Below, one piece after another: positions 25,227 through 37,879 of a stretch of 64,000 bases of DNA. The DNA is taken from the NCBI RefSeq assembly GCF_006345805.1, contig NC_042998.1, positions 77,562,001 through 77,626,000 of the forward strand, given 5' to 3'. The DNA is from Octopus sinensis (Eukaryota). Positions within the stretch are counted from its first letter, which is position 1; each line of letters starts with the position of its first letter. A program made the translations under genes and the position numbers. The notes below the pieces were generated by a model. That model was not told the origin of the DNA, ran no database searches, and worked only from the letters and a program-made list of their open reading frames with translations.

Positions 25227-26184
25227 GGGTCTCTGTGGTTATCGTCACAGTCTACACTTTTGTTCCGATTTTTTTCAAATTGTTTTGTGTACTAATTATG
25301 AAAATGAATATAATTTTCCCTATAAATTCATAATTAGAAAGTTATTATTGGTCTTTAAATTTTACAAAATTTGGGTATCTTAGCCAATCAGAAGTGAATA
25401 TTTCACACATCACCGTGAAGTTCTGACTGCGAAGAATTCTGTTTCCATAGTAACCAAAGATGCTGCGCATACGCATGTGAGTGTACGCGCCAAATTAAGT
25501 GTAATCTACAAATTGAGGTTACCTGGGCATCTTCAAATCGTGGAAACAAACACCGGGGTGGGACACACCTTTCCATTGTTGACTCTAATCTTTGTGAATT
25601 TATGTGGAGAAGGAGATAAGAGAAAGATAGTTTATTTTATCAAATCCTATAGTGTGTTGCAAACTTTCGTTCTTGAGTTTTTTAACGAATAAATGTCTGT
25701 TTAAGCAATGTTTTGACTGTTATATCTAGCAGCTCCTATGGGTTTGCTCGTAGCTTTTAGATATTTAATTTCTTCGCGAATGTATAAAAGTTTTCACTGT
25801 TTACTTTGCTCGTGTTTATCATAATGTTTTGTCTGTTATTTCTAGCAACTCGTGTTGGTTTGCTCATAGCTTTTAAATATTTAATTTGCTCGCAAATCTT
25901 TTAATGTTTTACAATGTTTACTGTAGCTAGTTTAATATCTTGACAAGCCGTTCCTCCACCGACACACATTTCTCGCTACTGTGACAGACAATGGAAGAGG
26001 CAGCGAACTTGCTGTTTTCTGTTTGGTTGAAAATTCTGAAAATTATCTAACTTTGAACACCTGTAACATTTTGGCAAAGTTTTTCTGGACTAAATGAACA
26101 AATTCGGATTCAGCGTCAAAAATTACATCTATAAAAACCTTTTACAAAGATTTCGACATACATTGACAATGACCACAAAGATCT
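25227..26184. mobile_element. Putative non-autonomous DNA transposon with imperfect TIRs and an internal direct repeat
   Basis: 25227-25247 matches the reverse complement of 26164-26184 at 16/21; ~73-bp direct repeats at about 25708-25780 and 25823-25897; bounded by (TA)n and (CA)n. Confidence 0.55.
25382..25475 (+). promoter_or_regulatory. CCAAT box, RFX X-box and NRF1-like site cluster
   Basis: AGCCAATCAG at 25382, GTTTCCATAGTAAC at 25441-25454, TGCGCATACGCA at 25464-25475. Confidence 0.4.
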
Positions 26185-26191
26185 ACACACA

Positions 26192-26235
<44 letters not shown>

Positions 26236-26724
26236 CACACACACATACACAATTAAATTATTGACACAACGTGTGTATGAATAAATTGTGAACATGTCAC
26301 ATTCGACATATAAATTCACCTGCGATTTAGAAATAGACCTATTAATTAAAGTATAGCCAACTTTCTACTCGCCGGGAACAACTTGATAACTGATTGACTA
26401 GTTATTCTAGTTCGTACTACATAGTTAAAATACAGCGTAAAGATTCGTATGAAAGAATGCATGGATAAAGGTTAGAGATGGTTTCTTTTATTTGCATAGA
26501 AAAACATTTCTAGCGACGCATACAACACAGTAGACATATTTAATGAAGCCGTAGCAACTAGGAGATACTAATCCTGTTCTCAGAACAGTCATGCAGAGAA
26601 AAACTTGTGAATTTTATATGGCATCCATTTATGTAGCTTGGCTGAATATATTTTTATCAAATGCGAGTAAATGAACTTACTGAGAATTTATCCACGAAAA
26701 CTGTTTCACTATTTTAGTTATTTC

Positions 26725-26927
26725 AGTACAAGTAGAAAGATATATTTTTCAACGCGTAAGTACTGATAGATCAGCATATATATAGCAGCCGGCCATGAGA
26801 ATCGAACTCACATCCTATATATGCTGTTCTATGAGTACTTACGCGTTGAAAATTATATCTTTCTACTTGTACTACAATACATTTCAGCGCTTCAAAAACA
26901 AACTTATGTTTGTTTACATATGACGTA
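26725..26927. mobile_element. Inverted-duplication insertion with a tRNA B-box-like loop and 14-bp TSD
   Basis: Arms 26725-26785/26815-26873; loop minus strand GGATGTGAGTTCGATTCTCATGGCCGG; direct repeat ATTTTAGTTATTTC at 26711-26724 and 26928-26941. Confidence 0.75.
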
Positions 26928-28176
26928 ATTTTAGTTATTTCCTTTTATACGCGCTAGATGAAAAACCAAAATAAAACCATGCAATTCGGTATAAGTCAGT
27001 GTATGTCACTTACTACATGTTTACATATGTGGCTAGTACCTTCTTTTTCACCCTGTAGGATGAACACAAGTAAGTATCGCCACATCCAATAGAATTCAAT
27101 CTAAACTTTCCTTGAGTTCCTTCAGCTCAGAAGCCCACAGTTTACAGACAAGGACTATTCACATAGGCTGAATGCATGCTCACAAAATGTGCGTATGTGA
27201 ACTTACTCAAATTCGCTATACATATATTTCCACATTTCAAGAATATTCCTATTCAGTTAATGCATATTTGCCATCTAAACTTCCATTTCACGCGGCCATA
27301 AATTTCCTAGTGATCTCTATCATATTTCAATTACTTTATTGATAGAAAATGAAAAAAGAAATCACATATCCCACAGGCAATATTCTTCTGTTTTGGTTTT
27401 ACTTTAAAATATATTTATTTTAGATATCATTGTTGAAAATTTCATGGCTGGTGAGTACATCAGCGCCATTTTCAATGTTTTGTTTAACAATGTTCCTTTT
27501 TATTTCGTTAATGAAAAAAAAAATCCCATTTATTGTTTTCGTTTCTTTTTTCTTGTGATATCATTTTTCATGGGAGATTTTATAAAAAATGCATATTTTA
27601 AAATTCTGTTTATTGTTCAAACCTATTTGATAGAACTTTTAAAGCGCCAGTGATGCAAGATTACGTCGAAAATACATCTTCAAAGATTCAAAACTATGAT
27701 GAGTGAGAAAAGATGAAATAAACCATCGAATGTCATATCAAATTAAAAAAAGAAAACACAAAATCTCATTTCTACCGAACTAGGTAATTTCCTGCCGAAC
27801 TAAAATGTAAATCTTCTAAAATCACAAAATAAAAATTTAAATCTAATTTGTTATTTTAAATAAAATTACATCAACTTACGATAAATAACATAATTTTAAA
27901 GCAAATTTTAGCTTTTAGGATGTCATTTAGAAAATCACTTAAGGTTTCAGATTTCATAGAGATACATTTCTAACTATTAATATAGTGTCTTAACTCATTA
28001 TATGAATAGCATTGGTGATCATTGTTGTGTCAGCTGAAGTTTAAATATTCGTTCAAAATTACGTCACTGTAATGTGAGTCGATAATAAGGTACCTCACAA
28101 AAGTATGTATTAGGAATGTATGTGTATCTATGTATCTATCTGTCTGAGTTCATGACTATCTATCTATCTCTCCAAA

Positions 28177-28212
<36 letters not shown>

Positions 28213-28260
28213 TATATTTATATATTTATATATATGTATGTATATATATATGTATGTATG

Positions 28261-28320
<60 letters not shown>

Positions 28321-28346
28321 GTGCGTGAGTGTGTGTGTGCGTGAGT

Positions 28347-28378
<32 letters not shown>

Positions 28379-28800
28379 CTGTATGTGTGTATACTTGGAG
28401 AAAGAGAGAGAGAGTCAGTGAATAAACGATTGAGTTAAAGAGAAAAGCATCTTATTGTTTTTCCTAGTCATTGAACTTCTTCACCCTTTATTCTGTAAAC
28501 TGATGTACTAGCATCATGCAGTTGTTGAATATTTATAATATTAATGTATTCTGCTATTATCATAACGATTATTGATTTCTTACATGAGCGGGAGACTAGA
28601 AATTATGGAGAACGAACAATCGATAATATCGACCTAAGTACTTGAATAACACTCGAATAATAAGTGTTTTTGCCAAATCCTTATTTATTTTGTCTGCTAT
28701 TTCCAAATAGCTGTCGATAATTCTCTTGCAAATAAAGGTTCATTCAACAACTCTAAACTGTACCATTCCTAGCAAATAATGATAATCATAGTAATTGTAA

Positions 28801-29172
28801 TGCTATATAGTTGATGTTGCATGCCCCTTTAACCCACGACTAGTCAAGAAAGAAGACGAAAACATAGATAGATACAACTTTCTTAAGTACGAAAATGCAT
28901 GGCTATGGAAAATGAAGATGGTGAAGATAGTACCAATTATTGTTGGGTCCTTGGGAATAGTATCAGAAGGCATCAAGAGGAATGTAAAGGAAATTAGAAT
29001 AGAGTGCTCAGTAGAACTTTTACAAAAGGTTTGGCTCCTTGGTATGGCCAAACTAATAAGGAAAGTATTAGATAGTTGAAAAGAATGATTATCATGGTAC
29101 CATAGGCTGCAGGTAGTAAGCCCGCTACGCATGCAAGGCTCCAGGAGCTCCATCAAAACCTGTGATAAAGAG
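28801..29172 (+). mobile_element. R4/Dong RLE LINE 3' fragment
   Basis: CYIVDVACPF..YNFLKYE..VPIIVGSLG..LLQKVWLLGMAKLIRKVLDS*, followed by (TAA)n. Confidence 0.9.
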
Positions 29173-29235
<63 letters not shown>

Positions 29236-29236
<1 letters not shown>

Positions 29237-29697
29237 TAAATAAAGTTTGCTTATTGATCGACATGAGCATCCCCTGTGATCATAATATCTCAGCGAAAGA
29301 GTTTGACAAGCTCAGAAAATATAAAGACCTACACATTGAAATTGAGAAAATGTGGCATCTCAAGGCGGTTACAATACCAGTGATCGTAGGAGCACTAGGA
29401 ATGATCAAGAAGGGAACCGAAAATTATATGAGAATGATCCCTGGCTTACCATCCCTGCAAGAAGTGCAAAAGATTGTCTTAACTGGTACATCACACGTAT
29501 TGAGAAGAGCACTGTCGATGTGAGAACTGTTGCTGCTCATGTATTTTAATTTAACTTTAAAAAGAAAAAAAAAATGAACGAACTACTGAGTTTGGTTTAA
29601 TGGCCTACCAATGTATACTATGAGTTTCTTTGCCCTAGGAGTCGGGAAGACACTCGGCAAGAAATGGAAGCAAATTTGAAAGAAGAAAAAAAAAAGT
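29236..29697 (+). mobile_element. R4/Dong RLE LINE 3' fragment, same family as 6445-7372
   Basis: LLIDMSIPCDHNISAKEFDKLRKYKDL..EVQKIVLTGTSHVLRRALSM; same 3' UTR; (TAA)n on both sides. Confidence 0.92.
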
Positions 29698-29710
29698 AAT
29701 AATAATAATA

Positions 29711-29761
<51 letters not shown>

Positions 29762-29923
29762 TAATCTGGCTAACAAGAAATACATTTACAGACACGACAG
29801 AATTGGGACCTATATACATTGTAAACTATGCCAAAGCTATGGAACAACAGACAAAAGATGGTGTAGGCATACGCCAGAAAAGGTCAGAGAAAATGAGAAG
29901 GTAGCCGTACTCTGGGATATGCC

Positions 29924-29966
<43 letters not shown>

Positions 29967-30019
29967 AGGGTGAGATAGAAGGAGAGAGAGAGAAATCAGT
30001 GCTATAGACCGGGTATATT

Positions 30020-30615
30020 TGTCAGAGATCACCAATAAAAATGCTTTCTAATCGTTGTATAAATACCAACAGATGGTAACTTTTCTCTAAAAGAAACGGA
30101 GAGACTTTCAAATTACAATGGTCTGGAAATAGAAGTAACTCGAATGTGGAATCTAAAAACAAACAGTTCCTATTATAGTAGGTGCACTAGGTATGACTAA
30201 GAACATTCGGACAAATACATAACAAAATCAGTAGGATATACATTTATATATAACATACAGCAAATAGCACTACTTAGCACAGCACACATCCTACGTAAAA
30301 CACTTTCAATGCAGTGAAAATAACAGCACCACAGCAAACCTCAACACATATCGGTAGTGCAGTGAAGGCACGTGTTAAAAGGCAAAATCCTGTTGGATGC
30401 AATGATCCAGTTTGATGACTCAAGCAGACATCGGAAACCGGACATTGTTGTGGTGAATAAAAAAAGAAAGAACATGTATGGTAATCGACATAGCATGCCC
30501 CGGTGACAAAAAGATCAATGTGAAAGAAGAAGAAAAAATAAACAACTATGACGATTTGAAGTGGGAAATACGAAGGTTGTAGTCAATGAAGAGAGTAGAC
30601 TTGATACCAATAGTA
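30020..30615 (+). mobile_element. Two further RLE LINE endonuclease fragments
   Basis: SKYNGLEIEVTRMWNLK..PIIVGALG..QQIALLSTAHILRKTLSM (about 30020-30380) and KPDIVVVNKKRK..VIDIACPGD..YDDLKWEI (about 30385-30615). Confidence 0.8.
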
Positions 30616-32116
30616 TCAAGTCTTAATAGTAAAATTAAGACTTTTGTGGTAGAAACGAAAGAAAAAGAAAAGAAAATTCGAACAAATAAATGCATAAAGA
30701 TTTTTCATTTTATTCTTTCCATTTTACTTGCGAAAACTTAAAACGTAATACGAAATGGACACTTGCCGAGGTGATTCTGTCTTCTCCAACTTAGATTTGT
30801 GTGTATACCTATATGAAAATGCAAGATCTACTTTCAACATAGAGCCTGGCATCTTTAGCTATACACGTACCTTATGTTGGCGACGTGATAAACATGAGTT
30901 ATATCAAGGTTTTATTCATGATGGTATAAAAATCAACTATGTTTATACCTTTGTTAATTTCACCATGTGCCGTGTCAAGATAATCTTAAAATATGCCGTA
31001 GGATAATGCATTGAATTGTGAACTGACGTGAACAGTCGCGTGTATATCACTCCCGACTCTATATGCTGCTGGATTTTCCCGATAATATAATTATGTCTAG
31101 CAAATCACTTGTATTCTTTACATACAAATTTATTGCTTTAGTAACTAGTTGTAGGGTTGTGAAATCCATATTTAATTTCGATTGCTTCAAGCAAACTAAA
31201 ACTGTAACGCGACTTATATTACCAATTGAAGGCATTTTACTTCTCACATATCCTTCGAAATGATATGAATCACATGTCCAATTTTCTTTATATCTAATGC
31301 GGCGAGACCGAAATATTTGAAACAAGATTATTTTTGTTTTTGTTTTTGCTCGACTAGAAGTCAAGCCAATGAGAAACTAATGTATCATGCATCAGGTTGA
31401 GCTATACGTCTTCCTTAGAAAGAAATGTTTCAGTATTCAAAAGAACGCTACTGGAATAGGTTACAGAATTTAATCTTATCCGTGTGTCACAGAGTAGAGA
31501 TATTTTGATACGATTTTATATATTTTCATCTTTCAAATACAATCAATGGATATATTTGTGTTACCTTAGAATAGTGTGTAAGGTAATACAAAATTGGACA
31601 GTGAGAGAAAATAATAATTCCTTGACAAATCCAGTGACGCTCAAAGTAACATTTCATAGCAATTGCTTGAATATGCTGTGTCAGTTATACTTTGTTCCTG
31701 GTATATCGATTATTTACCTTTTGATAAGTGTAACTTTGTTTGTGTGCAGTTCCGACGAAAATAATGATAATATTCTTTAAGCTTCAATTACAACAGTGGT
31801 AAAAGTGGACATATGAAATTAAAGTAGCAGAGAAAATAACAACTATGTTACCCTGATTATGAATTAAAACGAAATAGCTACACTTATATAAAGCATAAAT
31901 ATTGTTATGACCAAATGTTAATAGTAATATTTCATTATATGTTATAAAAGCGCTTTGCCTAGAGAAACGAAATTCAAGAAATGAATGTCAAACAACACAT
32001 TATATTGTTATGTAAAATCGGAGGTGATACAATGTCTCTATTATGACCTACAATTCTCTATAGTGATGAATATTTAAATATTTATAACCTGATATATTTA
32101 AATATGCGGTCATATT

Positions 32117-32328
32117 ATGCAGAGAAAATCCCTGGACATCATGCTCGGAATGGTCAGTGGCAAGAGAGGAAGAGGCCGACCAAGAACCCGCTGGCTTGAC
32201 ACCATCAAGAGTGATACCGGAATGGACATAGCCAATCTGAAAGAAGCGGCCAAGGATAGAACTGACTGGAAGACACTGATCCAACGAATAACCGAGAGTC
32301 GACCTCGACTGAGCGGATAGATAGATAT
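32117..32328 (+). mobile_element. RTE (BovB-like) LINE 3' end
   Basis: MLGMVSGKRGRGRPRTRWLDTIK..LKEAAKDRTDWK, then a (TAGA) tail. Confidence 0.88.
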
Positions 32329-32653
32329 ATTTAAATTCCATTTCTCAGCTCTATGTGCTGAAGCAAAATTGCTTGTCCCTCATGAGACGCCCTAGTCCAT
32401 CAGCAATGAAATCATTGTTCGAAGTAACATCATTTACAACTGAAAAATGGTAACTAACTGTTTAGTTATTCATAATTTGAATAACATATTTTGGTTTCCT
32501 TCAGTAAGAAACATATGATAGAAACATTTATACATATATACATTCGTACACACAAGGAGTATATACGTACATACATACATAAATACAATCATTCATACAT
32601 ATACATATACATATACATGTGTGTGTGTGTCTGTCTATGTGTGTGTCTATGTG

Positions 32654-32806
32654 TACAAGAATTAAGGAATGGATTAGATAAGGTCCAGGCTACATATTGT
32701 TGATAGCGAGTGGAACCTCAGAAGTACTAAATATCCAAGCGAGGTTCCACTCGCTATGAAAAACATGTGACCCGGACCTCATCTACTCCATTCCATAACT
32801 TTTGTA
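32654..32806. repeat. Fold-back hairpin (about 65-bp arms, perfect 17-bp core)
   Basis: ATAGCGAGTGGAACCTC 32703-32719 / GAGGTTCCACTCGCTAT 32741-32757 with imperfect outer arms. Confidence 0.85.
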
Positions 32807-33008
32807 TTATAATTCGCGCACCCAGCAACCCTGGTTGCCTACCGTGAAATATAAAAAAAAGAAACGTTTTTCAGTTTGTCGTACTTCGTTACTATAAAAT
32901 GTCCTCAAACTTACGCCTTTATAAAGCAATCTGCTCCCTGAAAATTGTTTTTATATTTACTACCGATTGATTGATGCTAACCTTCTTCCTACATCCCGAT
33001 CCCCGGAT

Positions 33009-33044
<36 letters not shown>

Positions 33045-33045
<1 letters not shown>

Positions 33046-33166
33046 GCGCAGGTACGGCCGTGTGGTGATAAGCTTGCTTCCCCACCACCTGGATTCGGGT
33101 TCGGTCCCACTGCATGGCACCTTGCGGAACTGTCTTCTGCAAGAGCGAAACGGAAAGAAGCCCATC

Positions 33167-33250
<84 letters not shown>

Positions 33251-33492
33251 TATTTATGTGCGTGTGTCTTTTAGTCTGTTTTTGTTCCCCCATCATCGCC
33301 TCAATGCTTAACAGCCGGTGTTGGTGAGTTTATGTACCTGTAACTTAGCGGTCCGGCTAAAGCAGCCGATCGAAGAAGTATTAGGCTTAAGAAATACGTC
33401 CTGAGGTCGATTTGTTCGAATAAACGCTTCAAGACTGTGCTCCAGCATGGCAGCTGTCAAATGACTGAACCAAGTAAAAGAATAAAAGAATA
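33045..33492 (+). mobile_element. tRNA-derived SINE with internal (TA)n
   Basis: GGTTCGGTCCC B box; GGCACCTTG core; tail GCTCCAGCATGGCAGCTGTCAAATGACTGAACCAAGTAAAAGAATAAAAG. Confidence 0.85.
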
Positions 33493-33499
33493 AGACTCT

Positions 33500-34955
33500 G
33501 AAAGAGAGTGTGTTCTGCTGTCGAAAAATCAAGATTGCCTCCCGACAGCTCCACTCCATTAAAGTACGCATCCCCTCCACGCTATACACGTAACCTGGTC
33601 ATTCGGCTGTCAAGAGGCTCGGAATCAGAACACCAAGCAAGAAGACTAAAACGTACGATGTTACTAAACATCAAAAGAGAAACATGCATCAAAAGGGAGA
33701 TAACACCACTACACCACACGAAAGAGACAGATTCAGGGAACTCATCCATCAAGAATAATGCCGAGTAAACCGGGCCTGCAAACGACACTTGAACAACAAA
33801 CTGAAACAGCAACAAAAGCCATCGCAGCATGGTAAGAATCAATACAGATACCCAAACAATACCGACAGGATCGTCAAGTCGGAATGTAAACTAACAGAAG
33901 ACTTCAAAACCGGGACACTGAAAATCACCATAGAAAAGCTGAAACAGCGCACTAGGAGCAATGAATCTGTGTGCCTTCTTCCGGACAAATCTGGCGGGAT
34001 GTCAGTAGACAGCCTACAGAACTATGTCCAGACCATGCTACGGCACAGCAGTAGCATAAGAGAGGTTGCACCACAAGAACATGAAAGTGTAGAAAAACCT
34101 TTGAACGCACGCATAGGAATGTGGGTCAAGATACCTCACACCAGAAAACGGACAGCACAAAATTTCCAAGCATGCAACAACAATATTCCTACACTGCACG
34201 GGTTATGGAAAGACCATAAACCCTACGTAGACCCTGTTATGTGGCCCCCAATTCGGCTGGTTTACAAGGCGAATATCTCCAGCAACTATAGGTTATCCTA
34301 CTTCTTCACATAGGTGTTACGACCATCACTGAAATGTCCCCGGATGTCTATGAGCACGAAGGACCCCCTCAATAGAATCAGCAATTGCAACCACTCCAAC
34401 GACCTCATAGGTTATATAATAGGTAGCATGGATGTGGTTTCATTCTACCCATCTATAGTCACAGATTGTTATGGAGAAATGCATTGAAATCATTTGTGAG
34501 TGTGAAGTAGATTTCCACAAAGTCACCACGAGAGAACTGGACCTCGTCCTAAAACTAACCTATGACCGTAACTACTCAGACAACCATGACCTAAGTAGAT
34601 TCTGTCCAACCCGCTCTATAAGTAGAAGACCACCCACCATCACCTCGGCAGCGAGGACGAGCATCACAGAGCGCTGGGGTAGCTGGACCATACCCCTTCA
34701 GGACCCTGAGTACGACAATCAGGTGAAAAGTATGTGGCCTTCATAGGAGCTAGTGTGAAAACCAACTTAAAGAACCACATAGTTAAGTTTGACATGAAAT
34801 TATATATGCATATTCAAGGAGCAGCCATCAATGTCAGTGTGGCTGGAGATGTGACCGGCCTCTTCATGACCTGGTGGGGAAAAATAACCCAAACATCCCC
34901 TAGCTGGGCAATCTATAACAGAATTGCTTCACTGTAGATATGTAGATGGACAGAT
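33500..34955 (+). pseudogene. Decayed PLE reverse transcriptase (Nematis-like)
   Basis: LPDKSGGM, PTLHGLWKDHK, PPIRLV, IIGSMDVVSFYPSI, KLYMHIQGAAINVSVAGDVTGLFMTWW, CRYVD; frameshifted. Confidence 0.8.
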
Positions 34956-36362
34956 TCAAACGCGCATACACAAGGAAACAGGGGTACACACACAAACACA
35001 CAAACTCATGAATATGCAGAATACATATTATGTGGCCCATACATGCAGACACGCATTCATACATAACTACATGCATAAACTCATATATACATACACACAT
35101 ACATGCATACACAAGCACACGCACACGTGCACGCTAACACACACCCACATGCAAAAAAATCTCAAACAGACAAAGAACGCGCCCTATATAGGGTGTAAAT
35201 GTCGGTCATATTTAGATCTTTCGTACCTTTAGAATACTGTATGATCGAATCCAGTACCATATTACACGTTAGTGACTCATAATAGCAGTACCATTCTAGG
35301 AACTGTTGATCATTGGAAATGATATTTCCAGCATCGTAGTTACTTGTACGTAATAGATGTAATTGCCTTCGGCAATAAAGTCAATTATTATTGTCGGTAT
35401 TCTTTTTCATGAATCTGCTTGAGCTAAGCTAGAAGTACTGACGCAAAAATAGACTAATAGTTTAACCAAATCTTGAAGAAATTGCGCGCCCTATGCCCGT
35501 GTTAAGCATTTTTTCCCTGGTAGAGTATTTCTTTCCTGCAAAAACATCTCTTCTGCTAGTCTCGACTCTAGTTTTGACAGAACCGCCGGTGGCTTTCAGT
35601 GCAAGTTCTTTACGAGAGCTCATTGCTTATGATGATATATTTTCTCCTTTTATTTGAAGTTAATATTAATGTTGTAAGTAATTTTGTCTATGTTTGTAAT
35701 TTTCTTGAGGAAGTAATTCATATAAGATCCATAAACGTTTCGGAAAAGACTTAACATTGTTTTATCAGAGTTGACATACGAATATTCGTGTTTGTGAATT
35801 TCACTTTAATTGACCTAACATTAGCTTTTCTTTTGTGTTGTTGTTAATGCAATATAGTAGTAACTTTTCAAAACAATTATCATCTGATGGGAAATCTTCA
35901 TATCCTCTGTCGCCTGATTAATTTTGGTGTGCTATAGATATCATCTGTCTCTTTCAGCTGTGCAGCATCATAATCTCTTATATAACCACTGAATCTTTTA
36001 CTAGATGTATAATCAACTATAACTTATTCCTATTTACTATTATAATCTAGCGTTGTTTCGGTAGAAAATTGTAATATACCAAATTACCGAAGGTGCCTGA
36101 ATATCATCTACACCCACAGGTGAAACACGCATTAGCAAAAACTGACACGACTACAATGAAATGTATTAATCTATACTATAGTGTTGATTAATCTTTTATT
36201 TGGCAGCGAACAGTCACAAATACGTACACACTCGCACACACTTCTATATATTTATATATATGTCTGTATGGATACGTATGTGCGTCCATATATCTATACA
36301 TGCATGTATACATACATATGTATGTGTGTGTGTGTGTGTGCATATATATAAGTATATATGTA

Positions 36363-36402
<40 letters not shown>

Positions 36403-36404
36403 TG

Positions 36405-36796
36405 AAACAGGAAAGTAAACATCTCAAGTCGTGTACAATATTATTATAGGAAGAAATTCAAAGTCTTATAGCTGTTTCTGAGACGTCAGAGACAAATAGG
36501 CAAAAGAAAGAGGAAAATGAGAATGGTATATATATTAATGAGATGACGACATAGAGGAAGAGAGTTAAAGAATAAGGAGCTGGAGAGAAAGAAGAAAAAA
36601 GAAGCATAAAAGTTCATAATTTTAATTTTCGAAGGTATAGAAACCAGGGCATGAGTCCTTAGGTGCAATCCTGTGTATATCCATGTGGGTTAAAATCCTG
36701 ATATAAGTAGACACCCAAGAAAAAGGACGCAAACCTGTAATAATATTGTGTACGACTTGAGATGTTTGCTTTGTCTTAATGCTTGCTGTCCTGTTT
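36405..36796. mobile_element. PLE pseudo-LTR relic with inverted termini and hammerhead remnant
   Basis: Inverted repeat 36405-36450/36734-36796; minus strand 36463-36493 GTCT-CTGACG-tctca-GAAA-CAGCTA-TA-AGAC. Confidence 0.6.
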
Positions 36797-36983
36797 AACA
36801 ACTATATACATACACTACATCGGCAATCTGCAATGGCTCCACGACTGCCCTCTCGGCTATAACCTTGGAGCCCTAGTAATCCATTACAGCACTTACCTAG
36901 AGTACCTAATCGTTTAGATCACCTGTGAACTAAAACCCCATACTTTGTGCGTAAATATACATACATAAATACATATATATATA

Positions 36984-37010
<27 letters not shown>

Positions 37011-37014
<4 letters not shown>

Positions 37015-37163
37015 ATGAAAGTAAGCAACAAGAATGACTCCGGTAGTCATTCTTGCTTATTTTGATTATAATAACCCCACGGATTTTTATGGATAACACC
37101 ATACATAATTCTGGTGCATCTAAATTAAGTACCATATTCATTTGTATCTACATTTTTGCTGAA

Positions 37164-37168
<5 letters not shown>
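37011..37168 (+). mobile_element. Short repeat with terminal inversion hairpin in (TA)n
   Basis: Hairpin 37011-37070; homologous to 23150-23312. Confidence 0.7.
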
Positions 37169-37225
<57 letters not shown>

Positions 37226-37382
37226 TATATATATATATATGCAATAGAATTATAATCTTCGGGCATTTTCAAGTACGCTAGGTTTAAATTGATATTATTT
37301 AATAAAATTAATTTCTACCCTCATTATTTAATTTATAATATATAATATATACTATATTTATATATATGCGTGTGTGTGTGTG

Positions 37383-37416
<34 letters not shown>

Positions 37417-37879
37417 TGTATGTGTGTGTGTTTACGTATGCAATTATGACGTTTCCTAACCAGCGGATGCGGTGTCGTTCTATGATAGCTTCAATTCCGG
37501 GCAGCCGGGCGCAGAATAGAACAAATTGTAATGACTGTTAACTTTAAAATCAAGTCTCGAATCTATTAGTGTTCTATGGTGAAACCAAATATAAATCGAG
37601 TACAGAACATGACGTTAAGTTTTTCGGAGACACTAATCATCATATTTATCATAATATTAATTATTTCTAAAATATGTAGAAGGCCGCAGATTTGCAAGGA
37701 AGAAGCAGTCGATAACATCCTAGTCCATTATCGTCTTTGTAAGAAGGGAACAATGTAAAAAAGCATTAAAACAACGCAGAAAATTTAATCTATTCAGTGA
37801 AATCTCCTAATTAGAAACTATCCCAAATCGGAACGTTGAGGATAAGACAACTCTTAATACGAAAGAAAATTAGAAAAGT

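Noticed and set aside
35462-35623. 53-aa minus-strand ORF MSSRKELALKATGGSVKTRVE...
   Set aside because: Protein-like composition but no homology recognised and too short to support
36887-36940. 26-nt minus-strand segment between TTCACAG and GTAAGT
   Set aside because: Stops in all three frames and it lies among TE relics
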